Assembly (NCBI GenBank): GCA_964613665.1
Contig: CAZTIG010000018.1
Span: 2,174-66,173 of the forward strand
From: an uncultured Chloroflexia bacterium
GTDB lineage: Bacteria; Chloroflexota; Chloroflexia; DTKN01
Reading direction: 5' to 3'
Length of the DNA stretch: 64,000 nt
In this document: positions 9,579-20,412 of the stretch, one piece after another
How positions within the stretch are numbered: position 1 is the first letter of the stretch
Layout of the letters: each line of letters starts with the position of its first letter
Made by a program: the position numbers and the translations under genes
The notes under the pieces: generated by a model
What the model was told of the DNA's origin: nothing
Databases searched by the model: none
The model's input: the letters and a program-made list of their open reading frames with translations, nothing else

Positions 9579-10381
9579 GCCCTTGCTCCCCGCGGCGGTT
9601 CGCCCGGCGCGCAGCACGGGTTCACCACGACCGCCCCTTCCAGGAAGAGCACCTGGCTGCCAAAGGCCTCGGCGACGTGCCGCGCCGTAAAGACCTGGGC
9701 CGGGTTGCCCCAGGCCACCAGGCGGCGGTTCAGCAGAACGACCTGGTCGAAGCGCGAGGCCGCCAGGTTCAGGTCGTGGGTCGATACCATCACCGTCACG
9801 CCCGCCGCGCGCAGCCGGTCGAGCAGGCTCAGCACCGCCTCCTGGGTGGCCACGTCCACCCCGGTGAAGGGCTCGTCCATCAGCAGGATGTGCGGCTCCT
9901 GGGCCAACGCCCGCGCCAGGAAGACGCGCTGCTGCTGGCCGCCGGAGAGCTCGCCGATGTGCCGGCCGGCCAGGTCGGCGATGCCGATCTGCTCCAGGCT
10001 GCGCGACACCGCCGCGTGGTCCTCCCGGCCGGGTCGGCGCAGCCAGCCCAGCCGGCCGTAGCGGCCCATCATGATCACGTCGGCGACCGTCACCGGGAAC
10101 GCCCAGTCGACCTCTTCGCGCTGCGGCACATAGGCCACGCAGTCCAGGTGCCCCCCGAGCTGCCGACCGTGGATCAGGACGCGGCCTCCGCGCAGCGGCA
10201 GCAGGCCGACCATAGCCTTGAAGAGGGTCGACTTGCCGGCCCCGTTCGGGCCGACCACGGCCACCCGCGCCCCGTGCGGGACCTGGAAGGTGACATCGCA
10301 CACCACCGGCTGGCCGTTGTAGGCCACGCTGACGCCTTCCAGCTCCAGCCGGTGTGGCTCGCCCAAGTCAGAGGATACCAT
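9575..10381 (-). CDS. znuC: metal (Zn/Mn) ABC transporter ATP-binding protein
   Basis: Walker A GPNGAGKST, signature LSGGQQQR, Walker B ILLMDEP. The start is at MVSSDLG (10381); the rest of the 520-aa ORF is a GC-rich extension. Confidence 0.9.
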   Translation of the reverse strand: MVSSDLGEPHRLELEGVSVAYNGQPVVCDVTFQVPHGARVAVVGPNGAGKSTLFKAMVGLLPLRGGRVLIHGRQLGGHLDCVAYVPQREEVDWAFPVTVADVIMMGRYGRLGWLRRPGREDHAAVSRSLEQIGIADLAGRHIGELSGGQQQRVFLARALAQEPHILLMDEPFTGVDVATQEAVLSLLDRLRAAGVTVMVSTHDLNLAASRFDQVVLLNRRLVAWGNPAQVFTARHVAEAFGSQVLFLEGAVVVNPCCAPGEPPRGARA

Positions 10382-10449
10382 CGTGTGCTCCAACTGGCAC
10401 GGCCGGCGACATGGACTGCCCCGGGCCGTGCTGCTGCGGCCACCCCGTC

Positions 10450-11379
10450 TCACCTGGGCGCAAGAGCCCCGACGATCGCCGCGGTGTTGAACCGGATCAT
10501 CTCGATGTAGCTCGGCGCCTCGCCGCCCGCGGCGCTGACCGAGTGCGTGTAGAGCCCGGTCACCACGCGGATGCCCGTCTCCTGCGAGAGCTGCTGGGCC
10601 AGCTGCGGGTTCGCGCCGGTCTCCAGAAAGACGGCCGGAGCGCCGCTGGCCGCGATCCGGTCTACCAGGTCGGCCAACTCGCGCGCCGAAGGCGCCGCCC
10701 CCGTGCTGACGCTGGGAACGATCGCCCCGACGACCTGGAAGCCGTAGCGGTCGGCAAAGTAGCCGAAGCTCTCGTGGTTGGTCACCAGCAGGCGGCGCTC
10801 GGGCGGAACCAGCCGGACCTGCTCCTGGATCCACGCGTCCAGGTCCCGCAGTTGGGCGACGTAGGCCGCGGCGTTTCCGGCGTAGGCCGCCGCTCCTGCC
10901 GCGTCGGCCTGGCTCAGCCCGTCGCGGATGTTCTCCACATAGCGGACGACGTTGTTGGGGTCGAGCCAGAAGTGCGGGTCGACCTCGTGGTCGGCATCCA
11001 GGGGCTCGCCCGGCTGCGGCGCGCGGCTGGCCAGCCCCTGCGAGGCGACGATGAGCCGGTGCTGCCCCCCGGCGGCCTGCAACAGCTCGTCGAGGTAGGC
11101 CTCGAGGCCGGCCCCGTTGACGATGAGCACGTCGCATTCGGCTACCCGGGCCACGTCGCCGGGGGTGGGTTGGTAGCCGTGCGGGTCCACGCCGATGGGC
11201 AGGAGGACCTGCACCTGCACGCGCTCGCCGGCCACGTTCTGAGCGATATCGGCCAGGAAGGTCTCAACGGCCAGGACGCGCAGGGGTTGCGGGGTAGTGG
11301 GTAGCGAAGCGCCGTCACAAGCGGCAGCGCCAGCGCACAGGCACAGGACCGTCATCAGGATACCAATCGCCCGCCTCAC
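10450..11379 (-). CDS. znuA: metal (Zn/Mn) ABC transporter substrate-binding lipoprotein (TroA/ZnuA cluster)
   Basis: GTG 11379 follows GAGGAGG. Lipobox CAGAAAC. Motifs DPHGYQPTP, DPHFWLDP and VTNHESFGYFA. Confidence 0.88.
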   Translation of the reverse strand: MRRAIGILMTVLCLCAGAAACDGASLPTTPQPLRVLAVETFLADIAQNVAGERVQVQVLLPIGVDPHGYQPTPGDVARVAECDVLIVNGAGLEAYLDELLQAAGGQHRLIVASQGLASRAPQPGEPLDADHEVDPHFWLDPNNVVRYVENIRDGLSQADAAGAAAYAGNAAAYVAQLRDLDAWIQEQVRLVPPERRLLVTNHESFGYFADRYGFQVVGAIVPSVSTGAAPSARELADLVDRIAASGAPAVFLETGANPQLAQQLSQETGIRVVTGLYTHSVSAAGGEAPSYIEMIRFNTAAIVGALAPR

Positions 11380-11439
11380 CTGTCCTCCTCGGCCGGGCTC
11401 CCCTCTGCCTCGATGGAAACACCGGCCCACCGGCCCGCG

Positions 11440-11877
11440 TCACCAGGCCTGCCCACCAGCGCGCGCCTGGCAACTGGGGCATACTCCGACCAACTGCAGC
11501 AGGTGGTCCTCGACCTGGTAGCCCGTTTCGCTCTGCACGCGCTGCACCAGGCCCTCCAGGTCCTCGCTGCCCCGGAACTCGGCCGCCTGGCCACAGGCGC
11601 GGCAGAGGACCGAGTGGCGGTGGCCCGGCGAAGCCGCGACATAGGTATGGCGGCAGTCCCTCCCGTACAGCCGCCGCACCAGCCCCAACTCCTCCAGCAG
11701 GTCCAGCGCCCGGTAGACAGAGGCCAGGGGGAGTGGGGATCGCGTCAGCCGGCTTTGCCGCTGGACGTCCGCAGGGGAAAGAGGCCCCTCCGCGGCAGCC
11801 ATGACTCGGATGACGGTGCGGCGCGCGGCGGTCAGGCGATATCCTGCCCGGCTCAGGCGCTCTTCCCACTCCAGCAT
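11440..11877 (-). CDS. zur: Fur-family metalloregulator, probably Zur
   Basis: Winged-helix N-terminus (VYRALDLLEELGLV) and Cys pairs CRAC and CPSC. It heads the znu operon. ATG 11877 lies 5 nt after AAGGAG. Confidence 0.8.
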   Translation of the reverse strand: MLEWEERLSRAGYRLTAARRTVIRVMAAAEGPLSPADVQRQSRLTRSPLPLASVYRALDLLEELGLVRRLYGRDCRHTYVAASPGHRHSVLCRACGQAAEFRGSEDLEGLVQRVQSETGYQVEDHLLQLVGVCPSCQARAGGQAW

Positions 11878-11886
11878 CGGCACTCC

Positions 11887-11908
11887 TTATTGAGAAAGCT
11901 CTCAATAA
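11887..11908. promoter_or_regulatory. palindromic operator (candidate Zur/Fur box)
   Basis: TTATTGAGA-aagc-TCTCAATAA has perfect 9-bp arms. It is AT-rich and covers the predicted +1 region of the zur promoter. Confidence 0.6.
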
Positions 11909-11909
11909 C

Positions 11910-11938
11910 ATTCTAACATGGGCCGGACGTGTTGTCAA
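11910..11938 (-). promoter_or_regulatory. consensus sigma-70 promoter of the zur-znuACB operon
   Basis: Minus strand reads TTGACA-N17-(TGt)TAGAAT. Confidence 0.7.
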
Positions 11939-12126
11939 GGCAGGATCCTCACATCCACTGACAGACGCCGTGCGCCAAGAGAGGCGGCCCGCAGCGCCTC
12001 CAGGACCTGCGGCAGTAGCTCGTGCTGTGAGCGAGAGCGGCGCCCTGCGGGTGGCCAGGGGCCGCCAGCGAGGTAGGCGTGGGGTTCATGAACGGATGTC
12101 AGAGGACATCCGCAGTACGCCCGTAC

Positions 12127-12151
12127 GTCGCCCGGCCGGCAGGCTCCCGCT
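12127..12151 (-). terminator. GC hairpin after the formimidoyltransferase gene
   Basis: GGCCGGCAG-7 nt-CTGCCGGCC lies 12 nt past the stop. A second hairpin CGGATGTC-5 nt-GACATCCG, followed by UUCAUGAA, lies further on. Confidence 0.35.
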
Positions 12152-12162
12152 GCCGGCCCCGC

Positions 12163-13701
12163 CTAGCTCCCCTGGCGGCCGGCCACGACCTGCTGGATCT
12201 GCGCCGCCAGGTCCGCGGCCTGCGACTCGAAGACGGCGATCTGCTGGCGAAAGTGCTCGACCAGGGCGGCATCGTCCAGGGCGGCGGCGTTGACGCGGAC
12301 GTTGGCTGCGGCACCCTGGACCGCCGCCTCGGCCATCGCCACGGCCACCTGCGCGTCGGTCAGGGCGTTGGGGTTGCCCGATGCCGCGATGCGCAGCAGG
12401 AACTCCAGCACCTTGACCGCGCGCTCGGCGGTGGTCAGCGGCACACGGGCAGCACGCCGCGTGGCTTCCTGCACGGCCTGGCGGCGGGGCTCCTGCTCTT
12501 CAGGCGTGCCCTTGGGCCGGCGGTAGGCGGCCATGATATCCGCGAAGGCCGCCGCGTCGCGCACCGCCAGGTCGAGCAGCTCCTCCTGCAGGCGGGCGAC
12601 CGCGGCCTCCATCGCGCGCATCTCGCCCTCGACGGCGGCGTACTGCTTGCGGCCGATGGTCAGGTTGGCGACCATGCGCGTCAACGCGGCAGCCTGGGCG
12701 CCGGCCAAGGCGGCGACAGTGCCCCCGCCGGGCGTGGCCGTGCCGGCGGCAACCCGGGACAGGAAGTCCCGCGGCAAGGCGGCGGCCAGGCTAGGCTCCT
12801 GCGCGCCTGGCCGCAGGCGGTTCTCGAGCACCTGCTCTTGGGAAAAACTGTGTAGCTGCAGCGCGTGGGCGGCCACGTCGAGCAGCGCCTCGGCCGGCAC
12901 CAGGCCCACGATCTCGCTCCCCAGCACCGGCACGCCGTACCGGGCAGCCTCGTCGCGCAGCAGGGCCATCATGCGGTGGATCGGCGTGCGCCGGTAGTCG
13001 GTCAGGTTCATCGAGACCTGCACCTGGCCGGGCCGGTCCACTGCCACGGCCATGGCCTTGACGTAGCGCAGCCCGCCATCGCTGTGGCGCAGTGCCCTGG
13101 CGATGCGCCTGGCCACCCCCAGGTCGGAGGTGCCCAGGTAGACGTTGTAGGCGATAAGGAAGGGACGTGCGCCCACGGCCGTGGCGCCGGCCGGCCCCAG
13201 CACGGCCGGCCCAAAGTCCGGCGCGCGCTCGGGGTCCGCCGCAATCTCCTGCGCCAGCCCCTCGTACTCGCCACGGCGCACGTCGGCCAGGTTGCGTCGC
13301 TCCGGGCGGGCGGCAGCCTCCTCGTACAGGTAGACCGGGATGCCGAGCTCCGCACCGATACGCGCCCCCACCGCGCGGGCCAGGGCCACGCACTCCTCCA
13401 TGGTCACACCCTGCACCGGGACAAAGGGGAGAACGTCGGTGGCGCCGATGCGCGGGTGGGCCCCCTGGTGCCGGCGCATGTCGATCAGGCCGGCCGCCTC
13501 CTGCACCGCCCGAAAGGCGGCCTCGCCCACCGCCTCCGGCGAGCCGACAAAGGTGACCACGGCGCGGTTGTGGCTGGCGTCCATCTCGACGTCCAGGAGC
13601 TGCACGCCAGGCACCGCAGCGATGCGGGCGCAGATCTGGTCCACTACCGGCCGCCGCCGGCCCTCGCTAAAGTTGGGAACGCACTCGACCAGGCGATCCA
13701 T
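12163..13701 (-). CDS. bifunctional glutamate formimidoyltransferase / formiminotetrahydrofolate cyclodeaminase
   Basis: MDRLVECVPNFSEGRR...HPRIGATDVLPFVP is the transferase part. The C-terminal half (GGGTVAALAGAQAAALTRMVANLTIG) is the cyclodeaminase part. ATG 13701 follows AAGGAG. Confidence 0.9.
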   Translation of the reverse strand: MDRLVECVPNFSEGRRRPVVDQICARIAAVPGVQLLDVEMDASHNRAVVTFVGSPEAVGEAAFRAVQEAAGLIDMRRHQGAHPRIGATDVLPFVPVQGVTMEECVALARAVGARIGAELGIPVYLYEEAAARPERRNLADVRRGEYEGLAQEIAADPERAPDFGPAVLGPAGATAVGARPFLIAYNVYLGTSDLGVARRIARALRHSDGGLRYVKAMAVAVDRPGQVQVSMNLTDYRRTPIHRMMALLRDEAARYGVPVLGSEIVGLVPAEALLDVAAHALQLHSFSQEQVLENRLRPGAQEPSLAAALPRDFLSRVAAGTATPGGGTVAALAGAQAAALTRMVANLTIGRKQYAAVEGEMRAMEAAVARLQEELLDLAVRDAAAFADIMAAYRRPKGTPEEQEPRRQAVQEATRRAARVPLTTAERAVKVLEFLLRIAASGNPNALTDAQVAVAMAEAAVQGAAANVRVNAAALDDAALVEHFRQQIAVFESQAADLAAQIQQVVAGRQGS

Positions 13702-14087
13702 CACACGCTCCTTAGGGCAAACAGCGCCAGAAGGAGGACCACCAGCCACACCCCCAGGGCGTTCGCCAGCACGAGTGCGGCCAGGGCCAGGCTGAGCACC
13801 GCGCTCAGGCAGTCCACGGCCATCATCGTGCGCCTGCGGTCGTGGCGGTCGCCCCAGACGCCCGCCAGAGGCGCGCCGAAGACGGTGGGGATGGTCCAGG
13901 CCAGGTCGACGGCGGCCAGCGCTGCCGCCAGTTCCGACTTCTGGGCTGCACTGGGGAAACGCACCACGGTCAGCCAGATGTTCACGGCAAATCCTGTCAG
14001 GGCGCTGCCAGAAACGGAGATCGGTTGGGTGACCCAGACGATGAGAAAGGTACGCCAGCCGTCGGCGGGCGGTTCGTAGGAGGACAC
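13701..14087 (-). CDS. MFS-transporter N-terminal fragment (about 4 TM helices), possibly a gene remnant
   Basis: WRTFLIVWVTQPISVSGSAL...GAPLAGVWGDRHDRRRTMMAV is MFS motif-A-like, but the ORF stops after about 128 aa. Its TGA overlaps the next ATG (TGATG). The start codon is uncertain. Confidence 0.4.
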   Translation of the reverse strand: MSSYEPPADGWRTFLIVWVTQPISVSGSALTGFAVNIWLTVVRFPSAAQKSELAAALAAVDLAWTIPTVFGAPLAGVWGDRHDRRRTMMAVDCLSAVLSLALAALVLANALGVWLVVLLLALFALRSV

Positions 14088-14139
14088 GGAAGACCGCCCC
14101 ACCACCGGTCGCCGCGGGCACTTCCCGCGGGCAGGAGGG

Positions 14140-14168
14140 ATTATAGCAGAACAGGGCCGAGCTGGCAA
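14140..14168 (-). promoter_or_regulatory. sigma-70 promoter for the MFS-fragment/formimidoyltransferase transcript
   Basis: Minus strand reads TTGCCA-N17-(TGc)TATAAT. Confidence 0.55.
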
Positions 14169-14340
14169 TTCGCCGGTCGGGGCGGCGCGCACCGCGGGGA
14201 TAGAGGCCGGTGCGCTCGCGTGCCTGACATCCGGACATATCTCCACGCCACCCATTTCGGTGGGCCCCCAGCCCTGCCAGATGGGCCTGTTGGCCCACTG
14301 TGGCGGGCATTTCCACGGCTGCGATCGGGGTCTCGGCCCA

Positions 14341-14356
14341 CCATTCGTGGTGCACC
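14341..14356 (-). repeat. copy C of the intergenic 16-mer GGTGCACCACGAATGG
   Basis: Exact 16-nt match to the copies at 29332 and 46209, oriented toward the promoter at 14140-14168. Confidence 0.9.
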
Positions 14357-14387
14357 GGCATTTGTGTCCGGACCTCAGGCGTGCTGT

Positions 14388-14416
14388 TTGACGTCCCTGG
14401 CAGCGGATGGTACAAT
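14388..14416 (+). promoter_or_regulatory. sigma-70 promoter for maf
   Basis: TTGACG-N17-TACAAT, 45 nt upstream of ATG 14462. Confidence 0.6.
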
Positions 14417-14461
14417 GCCGCTGGACCGGTGCGGCACCGGGCCGGCCCGGAGAACGCCGCC

Positions 14462-15094
14462 ATGCCGCCAGCACGCCTGATACTGGCCTCCAACTCCCCA
14501 CGCCGGCAGGAGCTGCTGGCCGTCCTGGGGCTCTCGTATGTCGTGCGCGTCGTCGCGGTGGACGAGGCCGAGCTACCCGGCGAGCGGCCGCTGGATATGG
14601 TGGCCCGCCTGGCACGGGAGAAAGCTGCCGCAGTGCCCCTGGCACCGGGCGAGCTGCTCATCGCTGCCGACACCACGGTGGACCTGGCCGGGGAGGTGCT
14701 GGGCAAACCCCGCGACGCCGACGATGCCCGCAGGATGCTGCGCGCGATGCGCGGCCGGCCGCACGCCGTCCACTCGGCCGTGGCCCTGCGCCGCGGCGAC
14801 GAACTGCTGCTCGAGGTGGCCTCCACCGAGGTGGCGATGCGCCCGTACAGCGGTGCCGAGGTCGAGGCCTATATCGCCTCCGGCGGCCCTATGGACAAGG
14901 CCGGCGCCTACGGCATCCAGGACCAGCCTTTTTCGCCGGCCGAGCGCATCGCCGGCTGCTACCTGAACGTGATGGGGCTGCCGCTGTGCCACCTGGCGCG
15001 GGCCTTGCTGCGCTGGGGCGTGCCCCTGCCGGCCCTGCCGCCGCCCTATTGCCAGGTCGTGCTCGGCGGTCCCTGCCCGGTAGCGCTTTTCTAG
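14462..15094 (+). CDS. maf: Maf-like nucleoside triphosphate pyrophosphatase
   Basis: LILASNSPRRQELL...ADTTV...GKP...KAGAYGIQ. Confidence 0.9.
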   Translation: MPPARLILASNSPRRQELLAVLGLSYVVRVVAVDEAELPGERPLDMVARLAREKAAAVPLAPGELLIAADTTVDLAGEVLGKPRDADDARRMLRAMRGRPHAVHSAVALRRGDELLLEVASTEVAMRPYSGAEVEAYIASGGPMDKAGAYGIQDQPFSPAERIAGCYLNVMGLPLCHLARALLRWGVPLPALPPPYCQVVLGGPCPVALF

Positions 15095-15166
15095 GCTCTC
15101 TTCCCCTTCAACGGATCCCAAGCACCTTCTCGCGGGGCAGCGCTGCCTCCTGCCGACGCCCCCGCC

Positions 15167-16936
15167 CTAGCCTGGGAACGGCACCGCCACGACCCCGCGG
15201 GCGACCTCCTGGTGCAGCGCAGCGATCTCCTCCTGCACGCGGCCGAGCACCTCGGCAGACGGCACCACGATGCGCTCCCTACTGTCGCGGCGCTTGAACT
15301 CCACCCCGCCGCGCTCCAGCGAGCGCTCGCTCACCGTCAGGCGCAGCGGCAGGCCGATCAGGTCGGCGTCCATGAACTTGACGCCGGGGCTCTCCTCACG
15401 GTCGTCGTAGAGCACCTCGACGCCAGCGTCCAGCAGGCCCTGATAGAGATCGCCTGCCGCCACGGTCACGGGGCCGGCCGGCCCGTGCAGCCCCACCAGG
15501 TGGACATGGTAGGGGGCCACCGTGATCGGCCAGATCAGCCCGTGCTCGTCGTGGCAGTGCTCGGCCACGCATGCCAGCAGCCGGCCCGTGCCGATCCCGT
15601 AGGAGCCCATCACGACGGGCCGCGGCTGGCCGGCCTGGTCCAGGAAGGTGCAGCCCAGCGCCACGCTGTAGCGCGTCCCGAGCTTGAAGATGTTGCCCAC
15701 CTCGACGCCGCGGGGGGCGCGCATGGCGGCGCTGCACTCTGGGCACGCAGCCCCCTCCTCGGCCGCGGCGATGTCGGCCACCAGGTCGGCCTGGTAGTCG
15801 CGCCCGTAGTTGACGTGGCGCAGGTGGTAGCCGGCCTCGTTGGCCCCGGCCACCAGGTTCGGAGAGGCCGCGACCGCGTCGTCCACGACGACGTACGCGC
15901 CGCGCACGCCGATCGGCGAGCCGTAGCCCGGCTCGGCCCCCACGGCGCGGATCTCGTCCTCCCGCGCCGGCCGCAGCGCCCTGGCCCCGACGGCGTTGGC
16001 CAGCTTGGTCTCGTTGAGCTCCATGTCGCCCCGCACCACGGCAAAGACGAAGCGATCGACATCCTGGCCCTCCCCGCCAACGGTAGCCACCGTGAAGACG
16101 GCCTTGGCCGTCGCCGCCCTGGGCACCCCCAGGAAGGCCGCCAGGTCGTCGATGGTGGTTACGCCGGGCGTGGCCACCTTCTCCACCGGCCGGGGTGGTT
16201 CCTCCGGCACGGTGGCCTTCCGAAAACGGGCCACCTGGCGGTTGGCGGCGTAGCCGCAGGCGTCGCAGAGCAGCAGGGTGTCCTCTCCGGCCGGCGTCAG
16301 GTACATGAACTCGTGGGCCATACTGCCGCCCATCATCCCGACGTCTGAGCGGACGGCCATCACGGGGAGGCCGCAGCGGTGAAAGATGTCGAAGTAGGCC
16401 TGGTAGTGGGCGCGGTACTGGGCGTCGAGGCCCGCCGCGTCGACGTCCAGGCTGTAGCTGTCCAGCATGGTGAACTCGCGCACCCGCATCAGTCCTGCCC
16501 GCGGGCGCGGGTCGTCGCGCCACTTGGTCTGGATGTGGTAGAGGAGGAGCGGGAGCTGGCGGTAGGAACGCACCTCGCGGCGTACCAGGTCGGCGACGAC
16601 CTCCTCGTGGGTCATGGCCAACACCATGTCGCGGCCGGAGCGATCGCGGAAGCGCCCCATCTCCGGGCCGATCTCGTACCAGCGACCCGTCTCCCGCCAG
16701 AGGTCGGCGGGATGGACGACGGGCATGGTAAGCTCCTGCCCGCCGATCGCATCGATTTCCTCCCGCATGATCGCCTCGATCTTGCCGAGCGATCTGCGGG
16801 CCAAGGGCATGTAGGTGAAGATGCCGACTGCCAACTGGCGGATGAAACCGGCGCGCAACAGGAGCTGGTGGCTGGCGATCACGGCCTCGGCCGGCGCCTC
16901 GCGCAGGGTCTGGCTGAAGAGCTTGCTCATGCGCAT
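15167..16936 (-). CDS. proS: prolyl-tRNA synthetase, bacterial type with INS editing domain
   Basis: MRMSKLFSQTLREAPAEAVIASHQLLLRAGFIRQ..., 589 aa, with class II motifs and an inserted editing domain. Confidence 0.95.
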   Translation of the reverse strand: MRMSKLFSQTLREAPAEAVIASHQLLLRAGFIRQLAVGIFTYMPLARRSLGKIEAIMREEIDAIGGQELTMPVVHPADLWRETGRWYEIGPEMGRFRDRSGRDMVLAMTHEEVVADLVRREVRSYRQLPLLLYHIQTKWRDDPRPRAGLMRVREFTMLDSYSLDVDAAGLDAQYRAHYQAYFDIFHRCGLPVMAVRSDVGMMGGSMAHEFMYLTPAGEDTLLLCDACGYAANRQVARFRKATVPEEPPRPVEKVATPGVTTIDDLAAFLGVPRAATAKAVFTVATVGGEGQDVDRFVFAVVRGDMELNETKLANAVGARALRPAREDEIRAVGAEPGYGSPIGVRGAYVVVDDAVAASPNLVAGANEAGYHLRHVNYGRDYQADLVADIAAAEEGAACPECSAAMRAPRGVEVGNIFKLGTRYSVALGCTFLDQAGQPRPVVMGSYGIGTGRLLACVAEHCHDEHGLIWPITVAPYHVHLVGLHGPAGPVTVAAGDLYQGLLDAGVEVLYDDREESPGVKFMDADLIGLPLRLTVSERSLERGGVEFKRRDSRERIVVPSAEVLGRVQEEIAALHQEVARGVVAVPFPG

Positions 16937-16985
16937 ATGTCATCCCTCCGCCGCACAGTGGCCGCCGACAGCCGATCCCCGACCG

Positions 16986-18431
<1,446 letters not shown>

Positions 18432-18453
18432 TCAGATCAGCCCCAAGACCGGG

Positions 18454-18975
18454 CTAGAACGCCCGCTTCACCCCGGTCGTCAGCCAATCGGGGATGGTGT
18501 GGGCAGCTCCGCCCAGCACAAAACCGACCAGCACGTCGACGAAGAAACGCGGGTGGTCGCGCACCAGGCCGGCCCACAGGGCGTGCCATTGGAAGAGCCA
18601 ACCGAAGGCGTCGAAGCCGGCCAGCCAGCCGCCTAGCGCCACGGCCGTCACGCCCAGCATCACCACCAGGTCCACGACCAGCACAAAGTAGACCAGGCGC
18701 AGCAGCGGCCCCAGGACCAGGCCGTGCGAGAGCCAGCTGCGGTGCAGCACCATCCGCGCGTAGGGCCACCACATCCAGCGCAGCGGTCCCCAGCGGCGGT
18801 ACTCGACAGCCTGGATGTCCAGGTCGCAGGAAAAGGCCAGACCGGAGAGCAGGTACGACCCGGTCAGCACGGCCCAGGAGATCCAGCGGTTCTCCGACGG
18901 CACCGCCAGGAACGCCGGTGCCAGCAGCCCGGCGCTGATCACTGTGATGCGATCGTGCACCGCCGTGTCCGGCAC
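18454..18975 (-). CDS. integral membrane protein, DUF2227-like (putative metal-binding)
   Basis: N-terminal HDRITV motif and 4-5 hydrophobic segments. GTG 18975 lies 5 nt after GAGGTG; the longer ORF would overlap tdk. Confidence 0.55.
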   Translation of the reverse strand: MPDTAVHDRITVISAGLLAPAFLAVPSENRWISWAVLTGSYLLSGLAFSCDLDIQAVEYRRWGPLRWMWWPYARMVLHRSWLSHGLVLGPLLRLVYFVLVVDLVVMLGVTAVALGGWLAGFDAFGWLFQWHALWAGLVRDHPRFFVDVLVGFVLGGAAHTIPDWLTTGVKRAF

Positions 18976-19046
18976 CGCCACACCTCGCCGCAGGTTCCAG
19001 GCACCGGGGCGGCGCTCCCCCGGCACCTCGGCCGCCGCACCACTGG

Positions 19047-19634
19047 CTACCTGCCCGGCCGGCCCGGCACCTCGTGGCAGTGCCGGCAGCGCGCCTCGTA
19101 GCTCTCTGCCGCACCCACCAGGATGACCGGGTCGTCGTAGCAAGCCGGCTTCCCGTCGATCAGGCGCTGCGTCCGGCTGGCCGGCGCGCCGCAGCGGACG
19201 CAGATGGCCTGCAGCTTCGAGACCTGCTCGGCGCGGGCCATCAGCTCCGGCATGGGGCCGAAGGGCTCGCCGCGAAAGTTCAGGTCCAGGCCGGCCACGA
19301 TGACCCGCAGGCCGCGGTGGGCCAGCTCCTCACAGAGCGCCACCACGTCCGGGCCGAAGAACTGGGCCTCGTCGATGGCCACGACCTCGGTGTCCGGCTC
19401 GAGGCGCTCGGCGATCTGCTGGGCATTGTCGACGGGCACGGCCACCACGCGCATGCCGTTGTGCGAGGCCACGTGCTCGGCGGTGTAGCGGGCGTCCAGG
19501 CTGGGCTTGAACACCTGCACGCGCTGGCGGGCGATCTGCGCCCGGCGCACCCGCCGGATCAGCTCCTCGGACTTGCCACTGAACATGCTGCCGCAGATCA
19601 CCTCGATCTGTCCGCGCTGCATTTCCCAGGCCAT
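19047..19634 (-). CDS. tdk: thymidine kinase
   Basis: [23 protein letters not shown], and the zinc-ribbon Cys pairs CVRCG and CRHC. Confidence 0.92.
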   Translation of the reverse strand: MAWEMQRGQIEVICGSMFSGKSEELIRRVRRAQIARQRVQVFKPSLDARYTAEHVASHNGMRVVAVPVDNAQQIAERLEPDTEVVAIDEAQFFGPDVVALCEELAHRGLRVIVAGLDLNFRGEPFGPMPELMARAEQVSKLQAICVRCGAPASRTQRLIDGKPACYDDPVILVGAAESYEARCRHCHEVPGRPGR

Positions 19635-19710
19635 GGCTCCTGCTCCTCTCTGGGGAATCGGATCCTGGTCCTGCTTCGGCGATCCCACCGGGGCGTGCGG
19701 CCTGCCCCGG

Positions 19711-19750
19711 CAAAGGAAGAGGAGGCCAAAGGTCCTGCCTTTGCCTCCTC
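19711..19750 (-). terminator. intrinsic terminator after rpmE
   Basis: A 13-bp stem (GAGGAGGC(C)AAAGG / CCTTTGCCTCCTC) is followed on the minus strand by UUCCUUUG. Confidence 0.45.
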
Positions 19751-19787
19751 CAACAATCCGCTGACCATGCTGAACTGCAGGAGGCAG

Positions 19788-20123
19788 CTAGCCGGCCTCC
19801 TCCGTAGGTGCGACGGTGTCCACCCCTTCCGCCTCGCCCTCTTCCGGCAGCTCGATCAGCAGGCGCGCCCGCCGGCGCTCCGACTTGGCCTGGCGGCGCT
19901 CCTCGGTCTGCTGCTGCAGCCGTTGGCTGACCTCCACGCGCTGCATGAAGCGCTCCACCTGGCCGGCCGTGTCCACGATGCGCTGCTCGCCGGTGAAAAA
20001 GGGGTGGCACTTGGAGCAGACGTCGGTCTTGATGACCGGCCTCGTGGAACGGGTCTTCCAGGTGTTGCCACAGGCGCAGGTCACGGTGGCTTCGACATAT
20101 TCTGGATGAATGCCCGCTTTCAA
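19788..20123 (-). CDS. rpmE: 50S ribosomal protein L31 (Cys-containing type) with an extended acidic C-terminal tail
   Basis: TTG start after [15 protein letters not shown]...CACGNTW...[10 protein letters not shown], followed by about 40 extra residues. Confidence 0.85.
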   Translation of the reverse strand: MKAGIHPEYVEATVTCACGNTWKTRSTRPVIKTDVCSKCHPFFTGEQRIVDTAGQVERFMQRVEVSQRLQQQTEERRQAKSERRRARLLIELPEEGEAEGVDTVAPTEEAG

Positions 20124-20139
20124 GGGATCCCCTCCTCGA

Positions 20140-20397
20140 CTAGGCTTCCGGGCAGACGCTGACGCGCTTCTGCACGCGCGAGTGCGGCTCGAAGCGCACA
20201 TACCCGTCGACCAGGGCGAAGATGGTGTAGTCGCGCCCCAGGCCGACGTTCTGGCCCGGCTTGAACTTGGTGCCGCGCTGGCGGACGATGATGGTGCCGG
20301 CGCTGACGAACTGGCCCCCGAAGCGCTTGACGCCAAGCCGCTTCGACTGGCTGTCGCGACCGTTCCTGGTGCTGCCCACACCCTTCTTGTGAGCCAT
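20140..20397 (-). CDS. rpmA: 50S ribosomal protein L27
   Basis: [29 protein letters not shown]... Confidence 0.95.
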   Translation of the reverse strand: MAHKKGVGSTRNGRDSQSKRLGVKRFGGQFVSAGTIIVRQRGTKFKPGQNVGLGRDYTIFALVDGYVRFEPHSRVQKRVSVCPEA

Positions 20398-20412
20398 GGC
20401 AAACTCCTCCGG

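Noticed and set aside
8685-10301. A 538-aa ORF extending the ZnuB-like permease upstream, and a 520-aa ORF (9575-11137) extending the ATPase.
   Set aside because: The homologous parts begin at VIEWLV (9578) and MVSSDLG (10381). The extensions overlap the real upstream genes out of frame.
12163-14826. An 887-aa ORF suggesting a giant fusion protein ending in the formimidoyltransferase-cyclodeaminase.
   Set aside because: Only the last 512 codons are homologous to the enzyme. ATG 13701 has an AAGGAG site and overlaps the stop of the upstream ORF. The N-terminal extension crosses a promoter, the 16-mer repeat and the divergent maf gene.
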